DNA of 63,718 nucleotides, filler included, from Alphaproteobacteria bacterium (GTDB lineage Bacteria; Pseudomonadota; Alphaproteobacteria; Caedimonadales; UBA9215): NCBI GenBank assembly GCA_024280495.1. It is 5 parts of 5 records of this genome, joined end to end, with 100 filler letters (N's around TTAATTAATTAA, not from the genome) between each part and the next. Parts side by side here need not be neighbours in the genome. Positions count along the whole stretch, not along the records: positions 33,230 to 63,718 come from JAJRPZ010000030.1; 4 more parts are not named here. One strand, 5' to 3'. Shown piece by piece: positions 60,877 to 63,718 of this stretch (position 1 is its first letter; each line of letters starts with the position of its first letter). The notes under the pieces were generated by a model. It saw only the letters and a program-made list of their open reading frames with translations, ran no database searches and was not told where the DNA came from. The position numbers and the translations under genes were made by a program.

Positions 60877-61911
60877 TCAATTGTTTTCTTTCACGAATCC
60901 CATGGTTTCTTTGACATCATTAATTGTTTTTTCTGCAATGTGAGAGGCCTTTTCAGATCCGTTATTTAAAATATCCATGAGTTCACTTTGATCGTTCATA
61001 TAAGTTGCTATATTTTCGCGAATAGGGGTGAGGGCACTGATAATAACCTCTGTTAATTGAGGTTTAAAAGAAGCAAAATTTTGCCCAGCGACGTTTTTTA
61101 AAGCCGAGTCAATGGTCATGTTTTGAAATGCTGCGTAAAGAGTTATAAGGTTTTTGGCTTCAGGGCGGTCTTCAAGCTCCACAATAGAATCTGGTAGGGG
61201 GGCTAGGTCTGTTTTTGCTTTTTTGATCTTTTGGGCAATATCTTCAGGTGAGTCTGTTAAGTGAATGCGAGAAAAACCAGACGGATCTGATTTGCTCATT
61301 TTCTTCGTGCCATCGCGAAGGCTCATGATACGTTTTGCTTCACCCTGAATAACGGGTTCAGGGATAGTGAAAGTGTCTTCATTGTAATGATGATTGAATG
61401 ACTGAGCCAGGTCTCGGGTCATTTCTACATGTTGTTTCTGGTCGTCACCAACGGGCACGTGGGTTGTTTGATACAAAAGAATATCAGCAGCCATCAAGGT
61501 CGGGTAGGCATATAAACCAAGGCCCGCTTTTTCACGATTTTTACCTGCTTTATCTTTGAATTGTGTCATCCGATTGAGCCACCCCATAGGTGTCATGCAG
61601 GAAAGAAGCCAGGCGAGTTCTGTATGGGCGCGTACATGGCTTTGAATAAAAATAGAACTTTGTTTGGGGTTGATACCTGACGCAAGATAAGTTGCTGCTG
61701 TTTCAAGGGTTGCTTTATGTAAGAGTGTGGGGTCTTGAGGAACTGTAATGGCATGTAAGTCTACAATGCAAAAGAGGTTTTCCACTTGATTTTCGTTGGA
61801 TTGCCCCTGGCTTTGTAAAGACACCCAATTTTTAATTGCACCCAGATAATTTCCAACTGTTAAGTTATTGGTGGGTTGAATACCAGAAAAAATACGTGTT
61901 TGTTGAGTCAT
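60877..61911 (-). CDS. trpS: Tryptophanyl-tRNA synthetase
   Basis: SGIQPT, GNYLG, YPTLMAADIL, VPVGDDQKQH, KMSKS. Confidence 0.98.
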   Translation of the reverse strand: MTQQTRIFSGIQPTNNLTVGNYLGAIKNWVSLQSQGQSNENQVENLFCIVDLHAITVPQDPTLLHKATLETAATYLASGINPKQSSIFIQSHVRAHTELAWLLSCMTPMGWLNRMTQFKDKAGKNREKAGLGLYAYPTLMAADILLYQTTHVPVGDDQKQHVEMTRDLAQSFNHHYNEDTFTIPEPVIQGEAKRIMSLRDGTKKMSKSDPSGFSRIHLTDSPEDIAQKIKKAKTDLAPLPDSIVELEDRPEAKNLITLYAAFQNMTIDSALKNVAGQNFASFKPQLTEVIISALTPIRENIATYMNDQSELMDILNNGSEKASHIAEKTINDVKETMGFVKENN

Positions 61912-63479
61912 TATTTTTCTTCTTTCTTATGCCGTTGGGTGAATTTCTTAATTTTATTAAGGTCGCTTTTATTAATAATGCCGAAAAGATAACAGGCTAT
62001 GGCATAGGATACAACGGCTGCGATGATAATGAAGCCAAGGGCAATTGTTTCCATTAATCGGTCCCCTTTGACGTGAGTCCACAGTGTGTATTTTGTTATT
62101 ACAATCGTTACCAAACAAATGAGGCTTGAAAACAACAATTTTGGCATGAAGCTTTTAAGGCGATCAGACACAGGCATGATGTCGCGTTTTTGGGTAACAT
62201 AAAACAAAACACTTGCATTAACCCATGCCGCAATAGAAGTTGCCATAGCAATGCCAATATGTTGATAGGTGCCAATTAAAATAAGGTTCAATATGAGGTT
62301 CAAAACCATGGAGCCAACGGCAATTTTCACGGGGGTTTTTGTGTCTTCCCGTGCGAAAAAAATATTAGTCAGAATTTTAATAATAATATAAGCAGGTAGC
62401 CCCGTTGCAAAAGCCATAAGAGTCAGGGTAATTTGTTGAGCATCATGGAGTTGTAATTTACCGTGCAAGTAAATAACAGTCACAATAGGGTGGGCTAGAA
62501 TTAACAAGCCAAGGGCTGCGGGCACTGCCAATGTAAGGGCATATTCCACCACAAGATTTTGCGTTTTATAAGCAAGATCATAATCTCTTGTGCGAATGGT
62601 CTTTGAGAGCAGTGGGAGGAGAGCCGTTCCCATGGCAGTTCCAACAACACTCAAAGGAAGTTGGTTTAGGCGATCCGCATACTCAAGGTAAGAAAGCCCG
62701 CCTTCATTGAGGAAAGATCCCACAATAATATCAAGAAAAACATTAATTTGTACCACCCCGCCGCCGATCATAACGGGAACGATAAGTTTGAAAAAACGAC
62801 GCACTTGAGGGGAGGACTTAGGTTTTACAAGGCGCAAGCAAAATCCTTTTTTGTAGGCGGGTATCATAACCCAAAGGGCCTGAACAATACCACAAAGTGT
62901 GATGCCGATGGCAAAGGCTTGCCCGTTATTCTCCGTATAAGATTTAAGGGCAAAAACCGTTGCGATAACGGTGATATTTCCAAGCATAGGTGAGGAGGCT
63001 GCGTAGGCAAATTTTTCCAATGAATTTAGGATGCCACTGAAAAGCGCGCAAATTGATATAAAAAAAATAAAAGGAAAGGTGATACGGGCAAAATCAATGG
63101 TGTACTGTAAACGTTCTGGTGTTTCAGAAAAACCAGGAACAATGATTTTGATGACTTGTGGCATGAAAATTTCACACAAAAATACGATAACGGATAAAAC
63201 AAGGACTAAAATAGAAAATATTTGCTCTGCGTAGCTTCGAGCTTTTTCGCCTCCTTCCTGTGCTAACATGCCTGCAAAAATAGGGACGAAGGCCGAATTA
63301 AAGGCTCCTTCAGCAAAAATACGACGCATAACGCGGGGAATTTTGATGGCAATGACTAAGGCATCGGACATGGCACCCGCCCCGACAAATGTGGCCATAA
63401 GCATGCTGCGTAAAAAGCCAAAAATACGACTTCCCATGGTGAAAAAGCTTATGGTGGCAACAGATCTAATTAAGTGCAT
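61911..63479 (-). CDS. murJ: Lipid II flippase MurJ
   Basis: SRIFGFLR, RRIFAEGAFNSAFVP, YADRLNQLP. Confidence 0.96.
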   Translation of the reverse strand: MHLIRSVATISFFTMGSRIFGFLRSMLMATFVGAGAMSDALVIAIKIPRVMRRIFAEGAFNSAFVPIFAGMLAQEGGEKARSYAEQIFSILVLVLSVIVFLCEIFMPQVIKIIVPGFSETPERLQYTIDFARITFPFIFFISICALFSGILNSLEKFAYAASSPMLGNITVIATVFALKSYTENNGQAFAIGITLCGIVQALWVMIPAYKKGFCLRLVKPKSSPQVRRFFKLIVPVMIGGGVVQINVFLDIIVGSFLNEGGLSYLEYADRLNQLPLSVVGTAMGTALLPLLSKTIRTRDYDLAYKTQNLVVEYALTLAVPAALGLLILAHPIVTVIYLHGKLQLHDAQQITLTLMAFATGLPAYIIIKILTNIFFAREDTKTPVKIAVGSMVLNLILNLILIGTYQHIGIAMATSIAAWVNASVLFYVTQKRDIMPVSDRLKSFMPKLLFSSLICLVTIVITKYTLWTHVKGDRLMETIALGFIIIAAVVSYAIACYLFGIINKSDLNKIKKFTQRHKKEEK

Positions 63480-63718
63480 ATACGATATTACAAAATATAG
63501 TCAAATCATGTATTTGTTTTACCTCTTTTGTTGAGGCATACCAAGAGAAAAAGAAACTATTTTTGAGGTTTTTTTTGTTATTTCTCACATCTTATATATG
63601 GTAAGGGAGTTTTTAGGCATGTTTTGAAAAAAAATATGAAATTTTAATAAAACCACTTGTCAAATTGAAGAGCCTGATCTATAAGTTTAATCAGAGTTAA
63701 GTGATTGATTTTTAGGGT

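Noticed and set aside
5518..63534. Many 60-145-aa ORFs antisense to or overlapping known genes (e.g. 5518-5904, 25070-25504, 41969-42364)
   Set aside because: Shadow frames of well-supported genes with no recognisable motifs
37153..63700. Further TTAA pairs near 37153, 45271 and 63688 as CtrA boxes
   Set aside because: Spacing is N6 rather than N7, and such pairs are expected in AT-rich DNA

Overview
Five separate contigs joined by four artificial 100-bp linkers (44 N + TTAATTAATTAA + 44 N), so genes on either side of a linker are not real neighbours. The DNA is AT-rich, gene-dense and alphaproteobacterial. A Holosporales-like, probably host-associated origin is inferred from gene order, missing biosynthetic genes and orphan secreted proteins. 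Most of the window is housekeeping: topA/dprA/plsY, gyrA/ssb, aspS, lptFGD, valS, tolQRA, the cox cluster, yidC/rnpA/rpmH, maeB, mgtE, degP-like protease, murA, trpS and murJ. Notable items: (1) six copies of a ~107-bp palindromic, TA-flanked miniature element, each 0-18 nt downstream of a stop codon; one is inserted in frame (net 105 bp, 35 codons) into the LptD signal peptide. (2) An orphan secreted protein with two ubiquitin-interacting-like motifs and an OTU-like Cys/His protease core, a candidate deubiquitinase effector, plus two other secreted orphans (HAD-like and alpha/beta-hydrolase-like). (3) A small contig with a TIR-domain protein, tandem palindromic repeats and a GIY-YIG nuclease between a nucleotidase and dapD, plus a second MITE-like element. 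(4) c-di-GMP/CtrA-linked motility genes. All calls come from motif recognition by eye; no searches were run.
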